NCBI GenBank assembly: GCA_021735445.1
Contig: JAIPHA010000003.1
Span: 903-64,902, forward strand
Origin: Candidatus Omnitrophota bacterium
GTDB lineage: Bacteria; Omnitrophota; Gorgyraeia; Duberdicusellales; 4484-171
Length of the DNA: 64,000 bases
Direction: 5' to 3'
Part shown: in pieces, positions 47,509 to 55,761 of the stretch
Position numbering within the stretch: the stretch's first letter is position 1
Layout of the letters: the number at the start of each line of letters is the position of its first letter
Position numbers and translations under genes: made by a program
The notes under the pieces: generated by a model
The model's database searches: none
Told to the model about the DNA's origin: nothing
The model's input: the letters and a program-made list of their open reading frames with translations, nothing else

Positions 47509-47901
47509 ATGAGAAAAGGGTTTACCTTAATTGAGCTTATAGTCGTAGTTATTGTAATTGCGATTCTGGCTAGCTTTGCCGTGCCTCAGTATATAACGTC
47601 AATTGAGCGGGCTAAAAAAGCAAAGGCTGAAAATGCGTTAGGTATTATTGCTCAGGCAGAAAAGATGTATCGAGCCGAAAATGATACTTATGTAAATTTT
47701 GCGTCCGGGGCTGCTGACGCGACATTAGGGAGTTATGTGGAGCTTGATGAAGTAGATAATGATACTGATTGGAATTATCAAGTAACAGGCGCAACAACTA
47801 CCGCTTTTACTGCGACCGCGACAAGAAGCGGCGGAAGCAATAACGGAGAAACTGTTACCGTGGATCAATCCGGAAATTGGGGCGGCGATTTTACTCCTTG
47901 A
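47509..47901 (+). CDS. Type IV pilin / pseudopilin (probable major subunit)
   Basis: Prepilin leader MRKG|FTLIELIVVVIVIAILA with Glu+5; strong RBS (AAGGAGG); own promoter and a downstream hairpin. Confidence 0.88.
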   Translation: MRKGFTLIELIVVVIVIAILASFAVPQYITSIERAKKAKAENALGIIAQAEKMYRAENDTYVNFASGAADATLGSYVELDEVDNDTDWNYQVTGATTTAFTATATRSGGSNNGETVTVDQSGNWGGDFTP

Positions 47902-47933
47902 TTTTTTACTTAGATAAGCGAAAAAAATAATTT

Positions 47934-47960
47934 AGCAGCATTGGAAACAATGCTGCTTTT
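47934..47960 (+). terminator. Rho-independent terminator/attenuator after the major pilin gene
   Basis: 10-bp stem agcagcattg/caatgctgct with a GAAA loop, followed by ttt. The next gene starts 7 nt later, so termination is probably partial. Confidence 0.6.
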
Positions 47961-47966
47961 AATATT

Positions 47967-48338
47967 GTGATAAAAACTAAAAAAGCAGTATCTTTAATGG
48001 AAATTTTAGCTGCGGCATTAATTTTATCTTTTGTCGTAGGAGGCGTTGTTTCAGCTTTTCTAAGCGTAAGAAGATATATCCGGCATGCTAAAGAGAGGGC
48101 TACAGCGACAGATCTTGCCCGCAGCCATTCAAGGACCCTGCTTAACGAGGTGAGAGCCGATAGCTGGGATTCAGGCGGCCTGGCTCACGGTACAAGCCAA
48201 AGCTTGCCAACTGGCAGCGAAGATTGGACTGACATCGATAACGTTGATTACGAAGACGCAAATACTCAATACCAGGTAAATAATCAGCCTGGCCAAGACT
48301 ATCGCCGGGCAGATATAACAATTGAATATCCTGATTAA
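47967..48338 (+). CDS. Minor pilin-like protein with a degenerate prepilin N-terminus
   Basis: KKA|VSLMEILAAALILSFVVGGV retains Glu+5 and the hydrophobic helix. GTG start. Confidence 0.45.
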   Translation: MIKTKKAVSLMEILAAALILSFVVGGVVSAFLSVRRYIRHAKERATATDLARSHSRTLLNEVRADSWDSGGLAHGTSQSLPTGSEDWTDIDNVDYEDANTQYQVNNQPGQDYRRADITIEYPD

Positions 48339-48340
48339 CT

Positions 48341-48901
48341 ATGTTTGTTAAAAAAACCTTAACTTTAATAGAGCTTCTTATTTCAATGGTTTTATTCGGG
48401 ATAGTTATTCTGGGGGTTTTCGGGCTTTATAATACAACGTCTAAATTTTTTACTTCATCAAAAACAAAATCAATGGTATTAAATGATTTAACTTATGTCC
48501 TAGACCACCTCGATAAAAATGTTTATTTGTCAACCGGTTGGCTGGGTGATCCCGCGATAAGTGTTGTTAGCCCAAGCGCGGGTTTTTTCCGTATTTATTT
48601 AAATCAAGACACCAGTGACACTCCGATTGATTTTTCCGACGATACGACAGTCAGGTATAATTTTAATAGTTCTACCAATAGGATTAGGTTTAGAGATTTA
48701 TCGGGTAGCTGGAATATATTAACCGAGAGGCTGGTAAATACTGCCGGGTTGCTGATAACCTATGATTCAGCTGAAGGTGTTTTATCTGTAGATAACCTTT
48801 GTTTGCGCCGGGACCCTTCTAAGCCCTACGACGCTAAAACTAATCCAGAGATTTGTATTACCGGCCAGAAATTCAGTACTTCAATGCAATCCCTACAATA
48901 A
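48341..48901 (+). CDS. Minor pilin / pseudopilin (prepilin-type N-terminal domain)
   Basis: KKT|LTLIELLISMVLFGIVILGVF N-terminal methylation-type motif. Confidence 0.6.
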   Translation: MFVKKTLTLIELLISMVLFGIVILGVFGLYNTTSKFFTSSKTKSMVLNDLTYVLDHLDKNVYLSTGWLGDPAISVVSPSAGFFRIYLNQDTSDTPIDFSDDTTVRYNFNSSTNRIRFRDLSGSWNILTERLVNTAGLLITYDSAEGVLSVDNLCLRRDPSKPYDAKTNPEICITGQKFSTSMQSLQ

Positions 48902-48910
48902 ACATAACTA

Positions 48911-49450
48911 ATGAAAAAAGAACTACTTGATTTATTAAAGCAAAAGGCTTACCGGAAAAAAGAAGTAAGGCTTTCTTCGGGAAAGGTTAGCGATTTCTAT
49001 ATCGATGTAAGGAAAGTTTCTTTGAGTTCAAGAGGGATATATCTGATTTCACAACTATTTTTTCAACATATAGTTAAAAAAGAAGCTGTAGCTTTTGGCG
49101 GCCCTACTTTAGGGGCAGATCCAATAGTGGGGGGCGTGTGTTTTTTGGCGCAAAGCAGTAATAAAGATTTACCGGGTTTTTTAATTCGAAAGAGCCCTAA
49201 AAAACATGGAGAACAAAGATTAATCGAAGGGCCAAATCTTAAAAATGGTTCAAAGGTAATCCTTTGTGATGATGTTGCCACCAGCGGAGGCTCTCTGCTC
49301 CAGGCTAAAAAAGCCTTAGATAGCGAAGGTGTTGGGGTAGAAGAGGTAATGGTAGTCGTTGACCGGGATGAAGGCGCCCGGGAAGCCTTAGCGAAAGCTG
49401 GCTGCAACCTTTTTTCTTTATTTACTAAGAATGATTTCCTAATTAAATGA
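48911..49450 (+). CDS. pyrE: Orotate phosphoribosyltransferase
   Basis: SSGKVSDFYID and the PRPP-binding VILCDDVATSGGSL motif. Confidence 0.88.
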   Translation: MKKELLDLLKQKAYRKKEVRLSSGKVSDFYIDVRKVSLSSRGIYLISQLFFQHIVKKEAVAFGGPTLGADPIVGGVCFLAQSSNKDLPGFLIRKSPKKHGEQRLIEGPNLKNGSKVILCDDVATSGGSLLQAKKALDSEGVGVEEVMVVVDRDEGAREALAKAGCNLFSLFTKNDFLIK

Positions 49451-50238
49451 GAAAGGTATTTTTTCTATTTTCTAACTTCTACTTTCTAATTTCTATTTTC
49501 TCAATCTCCGGCTGCATGACTACCGAATATAATCTTGGGACTCATAGCCAAGATATCTATTTTTTTTCAAGCGAAAAAGAGGCCGCAATGGGGAGAAATA
49601 TTTCGCGGCAGGTTGCAAAAGAGTTTGAGATATCGGCTAATCCTTACGATTTAGAGAGAGTGGAAAAAATCGCCGGCAATATAATCGAGGTTTCCGACAG
49701 AGGAGAGCTTAATTATTACTTTTACGTAATCGATAAAAAAGAGAAAAAAGAAGAAATAATTAACGCTTTTAGTTTGCCGGGTGGTTATATTTATATTTTT
49801 AAGGATTTATTGGATATCTTAGATGAGGATGAACTTGCTTTTGTCTTATGCCACGAGATGGCCCATATCGTAAGCCGGCATCATATAAAGAGGCTTCAGG
49901 CGGCAATGGGGTATAACCTGGCCCTTGTTGCTTCGGCCGCGGCGCCTTCAGACGATAATTTTACCGGCGGGCTTTCCTTTGCTTTAGCCCAGATTATATC
50001 TGCCTATTCCCGTCAAGATGAATTTAATGCCGATAGCCTGGCAGTTAAATATTGTAAAAAGGCCGGTTATAATCCAAAAGCCGGCTTAAGAGTATTGGAG
50101 AAGCTTTATGAAAAAAGTAAAGAAAAAATAAGGCCTCTTTCCTATTTTAAAACCCATCCTTATCCAGCTCAACGGATTGGAAATATAAAAAGACAACTTT
50201 ACCTTCCTTTAGATGCGGAAGATTACATCAATCAATAA
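49447..50238 (+). CDS. M48-family zinc metalloprotease lipoprotein
   Basis: HEMAHIVSRH zinc motif and lipobox SISGC. Confidence 0.85.
   Translation: MRKVFFLFSNFYFLISIFSISGCMTTEYNLGTHSQDIYFFSSEKEAAMGRNISRQVAKEFEISANPYDLERVEKIAGNIIEVSDRGELNYYFYVIDKKEKKEEIINAFSLPGGYIYIFKDLLDILDEDELAFVLCHEMAHIVSRHHIKRLQAAMGYNLALVASAAAPSDDNFTGGLSFALAQIISAYSRQDEFNADSLAVKYCKKAGYNPKAGLRVLEKLYEKSKEKIRPLSYFKTHPYPAQRIGNIKRQLYLPLDAEDYINQ
49463..49502 (+). repeat. Heptamer array ttctatt ttctaac ttctact ttctaat ttctatt ttctc within the M48 signal-peptide codons
   Basis: The 7-nt TTCTANN register was read directly; it lies just after the pyrE/M48 junction. Confidence 0.8.
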
Positions 50239-50248
50239 AAAATAAAAG

Positions 50249-51196
50249 CTAGATTTTAGTCCCTAAGAAAAACAAAAGGGTTACGGCATTATGGAGCGCG
50301 TGGAAGGCAAAAGCTGTGCCTATTTTTTGAGTTGTTTCGTAAACATAACAGAGAGTAAAGCTTATTGCAAAAAGTCCGATTGTTCCTGAAGGGGAGCGGT
50401 GGAGGAAGGAAAAGAACAAAGATACAGCGGCAGCAGAGATAAAAAAAGAATATTTTTTCCGCAGCAATTTATAAAAGATGCCCCGGAAAATTAATTCTTC
50501 CGCAAAAGGAGCGATAAGGATTACCTGAAGCGCAAAAAGAAAAAGGGCTATTTTTGTGTTAATTAACGGCATTAGTTTTATTAGAGGAGAAGGGGGAGGC
50601 GTTATCCCCAAAGATTTAAGGAGAAATAAATTAATAAAAATGGATGCAACTAAAATCGGAGCAAGGGCAGTATAGGTTTCCAGAAGGAAACCTAATTCTT
50701 TTTTTTCTAAGCGGAAGTCAAAAAAATCAGGTTTTATATAATAGAATATAATAAAAACCGTTCCAATTTGGAATAGATAGTTTGCTCCCAGTATTATATA
50801 TATCGGATTTAATCCGCTAAGTGATAGAAAAGGGCCGGGCAAAAGGTAAGTCAACAGCGTTAAAAGGCTGATTGAAAAGATTAACTCCGCAATTTTATCC
50901 TGGCTTAAAGGCAATTTCTTTTTGGGATAGTTTAGATTAGTAATGGGATAACCATTTATCTTGCGGATAAAAAAGAGCCCTAGGTTGATCAAGCCGGCAA
51001 AAAAAATGAAAGCATACAGAAGGCTGGCAAAAATGAGGATAGGGTTTTTGAAACCGAAAGCAGCGGGGATTTTTTGAGCAGAAATTGAGCTGATCTTTTT
51101 AAAGGAAGGAGAAGGTGCGCTGGGAAAATTATTCAGTAATATTAGCGAAAGGATACAAAGGACAGTTAAAATAATATATCTATTTCGTTTTCGCAT
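50249..51196 (-). CDS. CPBP-family intramembrane glutamic endopeptidase (CAAX protease-like)
   Basis: PFAEELIFRG, FSFLHR and AFHALHNA motifs; polytopic membrane protein. Confidence 0.8.
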   Translation of the reverse strand: MRKRNRYIILTVLCILSLILLNNFPSAPSPSFKKISSISAQKIPAAFGFKNPILIFASLLYAFIFFAGLINLGLFFIRKINGYPITNLNYPKKKLPLSQDKIAELIFSISLLTLLTYLLPGPFLSLSGLNPIYIILGANYLFQIGTVFIIFYYIKPDFFDFRLEKKELGFLLETYTALAPILVASIFINLFLLKSLGITPPPSPLIKLMPLINTKIALFLFALQVILIAPFAEELIFRGIFYKLLRKKYSFFISAAAVSLFFSFLHRSPSGTIGLFAISFTLCYVYETTQKIGTAFAFHALHNAVTLLFFLGTKI

Positions 51197-51246
51197 TTTT
51201 ATTGCGCTGCTGTTATTTAACGAGGTAAAAATTAATTTTAAAATAT

Positions 51247-51338
<92 letters not shown>

Positions 51339-51341
51339 GTA

Positions 51342-51426
51342 TGCCCTCGAGAGGATTCGAACCTCCATTTCCTTTTAGGAAACTAGCTCCTGAAGCTAGC
51401 GTGTCTGCCAGTTCCACCACGAGGGC
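51342..51426 (-). tRNA. tRNA-Leu (anticodon CAG)
   Basis: The reverse complement gives acceptor GCCCTCG/CGAGGGC, anticodon stem CTAGC/GCTAG with loop TTCAGGA, a long variable arm TTTCCTAAAAGGAAA and T arm GGAGG-TTCGAAT-CCTCT. It lies 3 nt from tRNA-Ser. Confidence 0.93.
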
Positions 51427-51435
51427 GCAAATAAA

Positions 51436-51470
51436 GTCCATAGTCAACGGTCTATTGTCCATAGTCAAAG
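51436..51470. repeat. Heptamer array gtccata gtcaacg gtctatt gtccata gtcaaag
   Basis: The 7-nt GTCNNNN register was read directly; it lies immediately upstream (in gene sense) of tRNA-Leu. Confidence 0.8.
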
Positions 51471-51495
51471 AATATTAATTTACAAGATTTCAGGC

Positions 51496-51513
51496 ATTGG
51501 ACTTAGGACTTAT
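51496..51513. repeat. Inverted heptamer units attggac ttaggac ttat
   Basis: The reverse complement reads gtcctaa gtccaat. It faces the 51436-51470 array across an AT-rich spacer. Confidence 0.65.
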
Positions 51514-51573
51514 TTCTTTATAGCCAAGTTTATTGTTTTTGTCAATAAAATATCCTATGTTATAATTTTAACT

Positions 51574-52521
51574 ATGATTATTATCTCAATGTCGGTTATA
51601 AAATTGTCGTTGATTGCTTGTTTTGGATTTATCCTTTATAAGCAGAGAATTATTGACAAAAGAGTGTTGAAATTTTTAACTTCATTTGTAATTAATTTTT
51701 CAATACCCTGTTTATTTTTCTCCCAACTGGTTAAGGACTATAAAACAGTTTTGTCGTATCCGGTTTGGGTTTTTTTGGCAGCGAGTTTGGCTATATTTTT
51801 GATAGGGTTGGTTTTAGGTATTTTAATTAGCCTAGGACGAAAAAAGAATTTACGAAGAGAGTTTTTCAGCGTAGTTAGTTTTCAAAATGCCGGTTATTTA
51901 CCGATGAATATCGCGCTTTTTCTTTTTAGCAAGGCTCTAAGAGACGAATTCCTGATTTACGTTTTTCTTTTTCTTCTTGGTTTTAACATCCTAATGTGGT
52001 CAATTGGGACTTTCTTTATCTTTAAAAGAAAAGATGAGCCTTTTAGCTTTAAAACTCTATTGAATCCACCGGTTACGGCAACCCTTGCGGCTTTATTTTT
52101 TATATACACAAATTTAGCCCGGTTTGTGCCGGCAGTATTGCTTAACCCGATGGAAATGGTTGGAGAAACTAGTTTTGTTTTATCGATGCTTGTCCTGGGG
52201 TGCTGGCTGGCAAAAGTTGAGCTGCAGGATATTTATAAAAGATGGTTTATCCTTTTAGAAGCCAGCTTTCTAAAATTAGTAATTCTGCCTTTGTTAGTAT
52301 TTCTGATTGTGCTAAGGTTTGAACTTTTTTCTCTTTTTGGTTTATTTATAATATTAGAGGCTGCTATGCCTTCGGCTGCGTCACTTCCGATTATTGTGGA
52401 TATAAGAGGCGCAGATAGCAAATTTGTATCTCAGTGCGTATTTATTACTCACCTTTTTAGCGTAGTAACGGTTCCTTTGTGGTTGGGACTATACTTAAAA
52501 TTTACGCCTTATTCTTTATAA
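51574..52521 (+). CDS. AEC (auxin efflux carrier) family transporter
   Basis: ~10 TM segments with the Mem_trans-like blocks FQNAGYLP and AAMPSAASLPIIV. Confidence 0.7.
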   Translation: MIIISMSVIKLSLIACFGFILYKQRIIDKRVLKFLTSFVINFSIPCLFFSQLVKDYKTVLSYPVWVFLAASLAIFLIGLVLGILISLGRKKNLRREFFSVVSFQNAGYLPMNIALFLFSKALRDEFLIYVFLFLLGFNILMWSIGTFFIFKRKDEPFSFKTLLNPPVTATLAALFFIYTNLARFVPAVLLNPMEMVGETSFVLSMLVLGCWLAKVELQDIYKRWFILLEASFLKLVILPLLVFLIVLRFELFSLFGLFIILEAAMPSAASLPIIVDIRGADSKFVSQCVFITHLFSVVTVPLWLGLYLKFTPYSL

Positions 52522-52545
52522 CTAGTTTAAAATATCATAAAAAAG

Positions 52546-52998
52546 ATGCAAATAGCCGGCCAAAATAAAAAAGCAAAAAGAGATTATAATATTCTCCAGA
52601 CCTTTGAGGCAGGAATTGTGCTTTACGGCGATGAGGTAAAATCTCTTCGTTCAAAAAGCTGTTCCCTCCAGGATAGTTTTGCCAGAGTCGAAGGCGAAGA
52701 AGCGTATTTATATAATATGCATATCCCGGAGTTCGGCCAAAGCTCTTACTTTAAAAGCGAACCGAAAAGAAGGAGAAAACTTCTTTTACATAAAAAAGAA
52801 ATTAAAAAACTTATGGGCCGCACTACTCAACAGGGATTAACTATTGTGCCTTTAAAGGTTTATCTTAACAAAAGAGGGTTGGTTAAGGTAGAAATCGCCC
52901 TGGCTAAGGGCAGGCATACCTACGACAAAAGAAGGAAACTAAAAGAAAAAGCAGAAAAAAGGGAAGCTCAAAGAGAGATGAAAGACTTTAACCGATAG
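52546..52998 (+). CDS. smpB: SsrA-binding protein SmpB
   Basis: NKKAKRDYNILQTFEAGIVLYGDEVKSLR and the basic C-terminal tail. Confidence 0.93.
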   Translation: MQIAGQNKKAKRDYNILQTFEAGIVLYGDEVKSLRSKSCSLQDSFARVEGEEAYLYNMHIPEFGQSSYFKSEPKRRRKLLLHKKEIKKLMGRTTQQGLTIVPLKVYLNKRGLVKVEIALAKGRHTYDKRRKLKEKAEKREAQREMKDFNR

Positions 52999-53051
52999 AA
53001 AGCAAAGGTTGAGATAAAGCAGGATAAAAAACTTATAGAAAGGGGGCAAGG

Positions 53052-53846
53052 ATGTCTGAAATTTTAGATACAGCGATAGCGGCGGCTCAAGAAGCGGGGG
53101 ACTTTTTATTGGATAATTTTGGGAAAGTTGATAAGGTGGAATCTAAAGGCGATAGAAATTTAGTTACTAATTTAGATAAGAAAGCAGAAACCATGATTCG
53201 GGCAAAAATCGAGAGTAAATTTTCAAATCATGGCATACTTGGCGAAGAAGACGGTAAAAAAAACGGAGAGAGTGATTATCTTTGGATCATAGACCCTCTA
53301 GACGGAACTCATAACTATATTAGAAAGATAAATATTTTTGGAGTTTCGATTGGCATTGTTTATAAAGATAAATTTGTAGGCGGAGTTGTTTATATGCCAA
53401 AAGACGGTGAAATGTATTGGGCAGAATCCGGGGCGGGAGCTTATAAAAATGGAGAAAAGATTTCTGTATCCTCTCATGGCAGGTTAAAAGATTTATCAAT
53501 TGCTTTTGATTCCAGTATCCGTTATTCTCCCGAAATCATGCTAAAGGTGCTAGGTGATTTATCCAAAGAAGTTTTTAATGTAAGGATGTTTGGTTCATCA
53601 GTGAGGACTTTAACTTATTTAGCCGAAGGGGTTCTTGATTGTGCGGTGGAATTTCACGATCGTCCCTGGGATTTTTCAGGAAGTGTTGCCATAATCGAAG
53701 AGGCGGGAGGCAAAATTGCTGATTTACGGAAAAACCCGCTTACTTATAAAACTATTGGTTATGTTGCCGCCAACAAGGAAGCCTATGATCAGGTATCAGA
53801 AATAGTAACAGGTTATTTAAATATTAATAGGCTTGACAAAAAATAA
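53052..53846 (+). CDS. suhB: Inositol monophosphatase family protein
   Basis: LGEEDG and WIIDPLDGTHNY motifs, and WDFSGS. Confidence 0.85.
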   Translation: MSEILDTAIAAAQEAGDFLLDNFGKVDKVESKGDRNLVTNLDKKAETMIRAKIESKFSNHGILGEEDGKKNGESDYLWIIDPLDGTHNYIRKINIFGVSIGIVYKDKFVGGVVYMPKDGEMYWAESGAGAYKNGEKISVSSHGRLKDLSIAFDSSIRYSPEIMLKVLGDLSKEVFNVRMFGSSVRTLTYLAEGVLDCAVEFHDRPWDFSGSVAIIEEAGGKIADLRKNPLTYKTIGYVAANKEAYDQVSEIVTGYLNINRLDKK

Positions 53847-53869
53847 TTTTTTGCTAATATAATTTTATC

Positions 53870-54364
53870 ATGTGGTTTGTAATTTTATTTGTATTTATAG
53901 GAATATCGGCTCGGCTTATTCCCCATATTCCTAATTTTGCCCCGATTGCGGCAGTTGCGCTTTTTTCGGGAGTTTATTTTAGGAAAAAGCATGGGTGGCT
54001 ATTGCCGTTAGGTATTTATATGGTTTCGAATTTAATAGTTGGCCTGCATCAGACTATATTTTTTACCTGGGGTTCCATTATACTCATTTATTTTTTAGGC
54101 AAGATTTTACAAACCAAAAAAACAGTTGCTAATGTAGCTGTCTTTGGTTTGGCGTCTTCATTTATATTTTTTCTAATTACTAATTTCGGTGTTTGGCTGA
54201 TTGGTTGGTATCCTAAAAATTTAGCCGGGTTCATCAGCTGTTACATAAACGCCCTTCCTTTTTTCAGAATGTCACTTGTTTCAAACATGGCATATATGGC
54301 AGTTTTTTTTGGTGCTTATGAATATTGCATGAGAAAGACCAAACTCGCCTGCAAAGTTCTTTAG
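53870..54364 (+). CDS. Small polytopic membrane protein (DUF6580-like; function unknown)
   Basis: Five predicted TM helices. The N-terminal ARLIPHIPNFAPIAAVALFSG resembles the DUF6580 family signature, recalled from memory and not searched. Confidence 0.35.
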   Translation: MWFVILFVFIGISARLIPHIPNFAPIAAVALFSGVYFRKKHGWLLPLGIYMVSNLIVGLHQTIFFTWGSIILIYFLGKILQTKKTVANVAVFGLASSFIFFLITNFGVWLIGWYPKNLAGFISCYINALPFFRMSLVSNMAYMAVFFGAYEYCMRKTKLACKVL

Positions 54365-54396
54365 AGATGTTCCAATTTTTTCTTTATTAATCAGCA

Positions 54397-55104
54397 ATGG
54401 AAGTTAAGCTATTATCTTATACCCTTAATCCGAAAAAGGTAATTTATTCAGCGGCCCGCCAGTGTTATTCAAAAATATCTGCTTATAAAATTTATACTAA
54501 TCAAGAGAAACTGGATTTAGAAAAATTAAAAAAATTTATTAGCCATTTGGTAAAAAGAGGGCATCTTTCCCCTCTTGAGCATGTTAACTTTACTTATTCG
54601 GCAACAGGTATTTCCCGGGTATGCACTCATCAACTAGTAAGGCACAGAATTGCTTCCTATTCTCAGCAAAGCCAGCGGTATGTTAGCATGGATGATTTTC
54701 AGTATGTAGTTCCTAAGGCGGTTAAAGAGAATAAAGAAGCAGAAGAAAATTTTATAGAGGCAGTTAACTATTTAAAAGGTAAGTGCCGGCAGATTCGGGA
54801 AATTTTGAAAAAAAATCCGCAATTAGACAAAGAAAAAATAAATCAAGACTTACGTTTTCTTCTTCCCCAAGCCTGCCAGACTAAAATCGTAATAACCATG
54901 AATACTCGCCAGCTTCTCCATTTTTTTTCAGAGCGTTTATGTTTGCGAGCCCAGTGGGAAATAAGAGAATTATCAGCCAGGATGCTTCCTTTGGCTAAAG
55001 AAGTTTTGCCGGAAGTCTTTGATCTAGCCGGCCCCAAATGCAAAAAATTAGGTTTTTGCCCTGAATCAGCCGATGATTGCCCCCTTAATCCCCAGAAGAA
55101 GTGA
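54397..55104 (+). CDS. thyX: FAD-dependent thymidylate synthase ThyX
   Basis: ThyX signature RHRIASYSQQSQRY. Confidence 0.93.
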   Translation: MEVKLLSYTLNPKKVIYSAARQCYSKISAYKIYTNQEKLDLEKLKKFISHLVKRGHLSPLEHVNFTYSATGISRVCTHQLVRHRIASYSQQSQRYVSMDDFQYVVPKAVKENKEAEENFIEAVNYLKGKCRQIREILKKNPQLDKEKINQDLRFLLPQACQTKIVITMNTRQLLHFFSERLCLRAQWEIRELSARMLPLAKEVLPEVFDLAGPKCKKLGFCPESADDCPLNPQKK

Positions 55105-55311
55105 TTTGTATGGCTGTATTATAAAATATCTTTACACTCAATAAAATACCGATATAATAAAATTCTAATTTAAGTTGAAGATGCTTCAATGAGACTTATC
55201 CGCCACAGGCGGATGAAGTATCTCATTTTAAGTATTTAGGCACTTCGCCGGGGAAATCGGCTCAGTGCCGATTGTCATTAAGGGAAAACGCCTGGATAAA
55301 TGCATGATAAT

Positions 55312-55387
55312 CGGGAGGTGGCGCAGTTTGGTTTAGCGCACTTGCTTTGGGAGCAAGGGGTCGTGGGTTCGAATCCCACTCTCCCGA
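55312..55387 (+). tRNA. tRNA-Pro (anticodon TGG)
   Basis: Acceptor CGGGAGG/TCTCCCG, anticodon stem CTTGC/GCAAG with loop TTTGGGA, and T arm GTGGG-TTCGAAT-CCCAC. Confidence 0.93.
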
Positions 55388-55392
55388 TTACC

Positions 55393-55627
55393 ACAGAGAA
55401 CACAAAATGCAGGGGGCAGCCGTTTTACAGAAGACACAGATAAGGTGTTGGCGTAGATGGTACAGATTGCAAGAGATAATTTAGATAGCCTTAATAAACT
55501 TACAGAGAAAATAATTGGGTTAGCAATAGAGGTAGATAAAAAAATAGGGCTAATATTAAATTTTGCAAATACTCGTTTAGAAATAAAACGAGTGATAAAT
55601 TAATTTTTCTTTCTCTGTGTTCTCTGT
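55393..55627 (+). repeat. Inverted-repeat-bounded cassette holding the GxxExxY gene remnant
   Basis: acagagaacaca at 55393-55404 is the exact reverse complement of tgtgttctctgt at 55616-55627. The right repeat recurs at window nt 47-58. Confidence 0.7.
55498..55603 (+). pseudogene. Remnant of a GxxExxY-family (PD-(D/E)XK-like) gene: N-terminal and C-terminal ends joined, with a frameshift
   Basis: It reads LTEKIIGLAIEVDKKIGLILNF, then shifts +1 in the T-run at 55561-64 to ANTRLEIKRVIN-stop. The ~90 central codons that carry the GxxExxY motif in intact family members are missing. Confidence 0.6.
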
Positions 55628-55668
55628 AAAGCATGTTATTGTTCGGATTCAGTGTAATCTGTGAGTTA
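55570..55668 (+). repeat. Conserved tRNA-upstream flank, copy B
   Basis: 55570-55641 is identical to window nt 1-72, and the remainder is partly conserved up to the tRNA-Arg start. Confidence 0.9.
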
Positions 55669-55742
55669 GCGCCCGTAGCTCAATCGGATAGAGCATCGGC
55701 CTTCTAAGCCGAGGGTTGCAGGTTCGATTCCTGCCGGGCGCG
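55669..55742 (+). tRNA. tRNA-Arg (anticodon TCT)
   Basis: Acceptor GCGCCCG/CGGGCGC, D arm GCTC-AATCGGATA-GAGC, anticodon stem TCGGC/GCCGA with loop CTTCTAA, and T arm GCAGG-TTCGATT-CCTGC. Confidence 0.95.
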
Positions 55743-55761
55743 TGTTCATTTTAGTTTGATA

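Noticed and set aside
52400-53050. Looked for a tmRNA (ssrA) gene next to smpB
   Set aside because: There is no tRNA-Ala-like acceptor/T-arm or tag-reading-frame signature in the short spacers flanking smpB.
55188-55272. Two hairpins in the thyX-tRNA-Pro spacer (aatgaga…tctcatt around tccgcc-acag-gcgga, and aatcggc-tcagt-gccgatt)
   Set aside because: They are real inverted repeats but short, irregular and without a clear T-tract or a second copy in the window. There is too little evidence to call them a terminator or an element.
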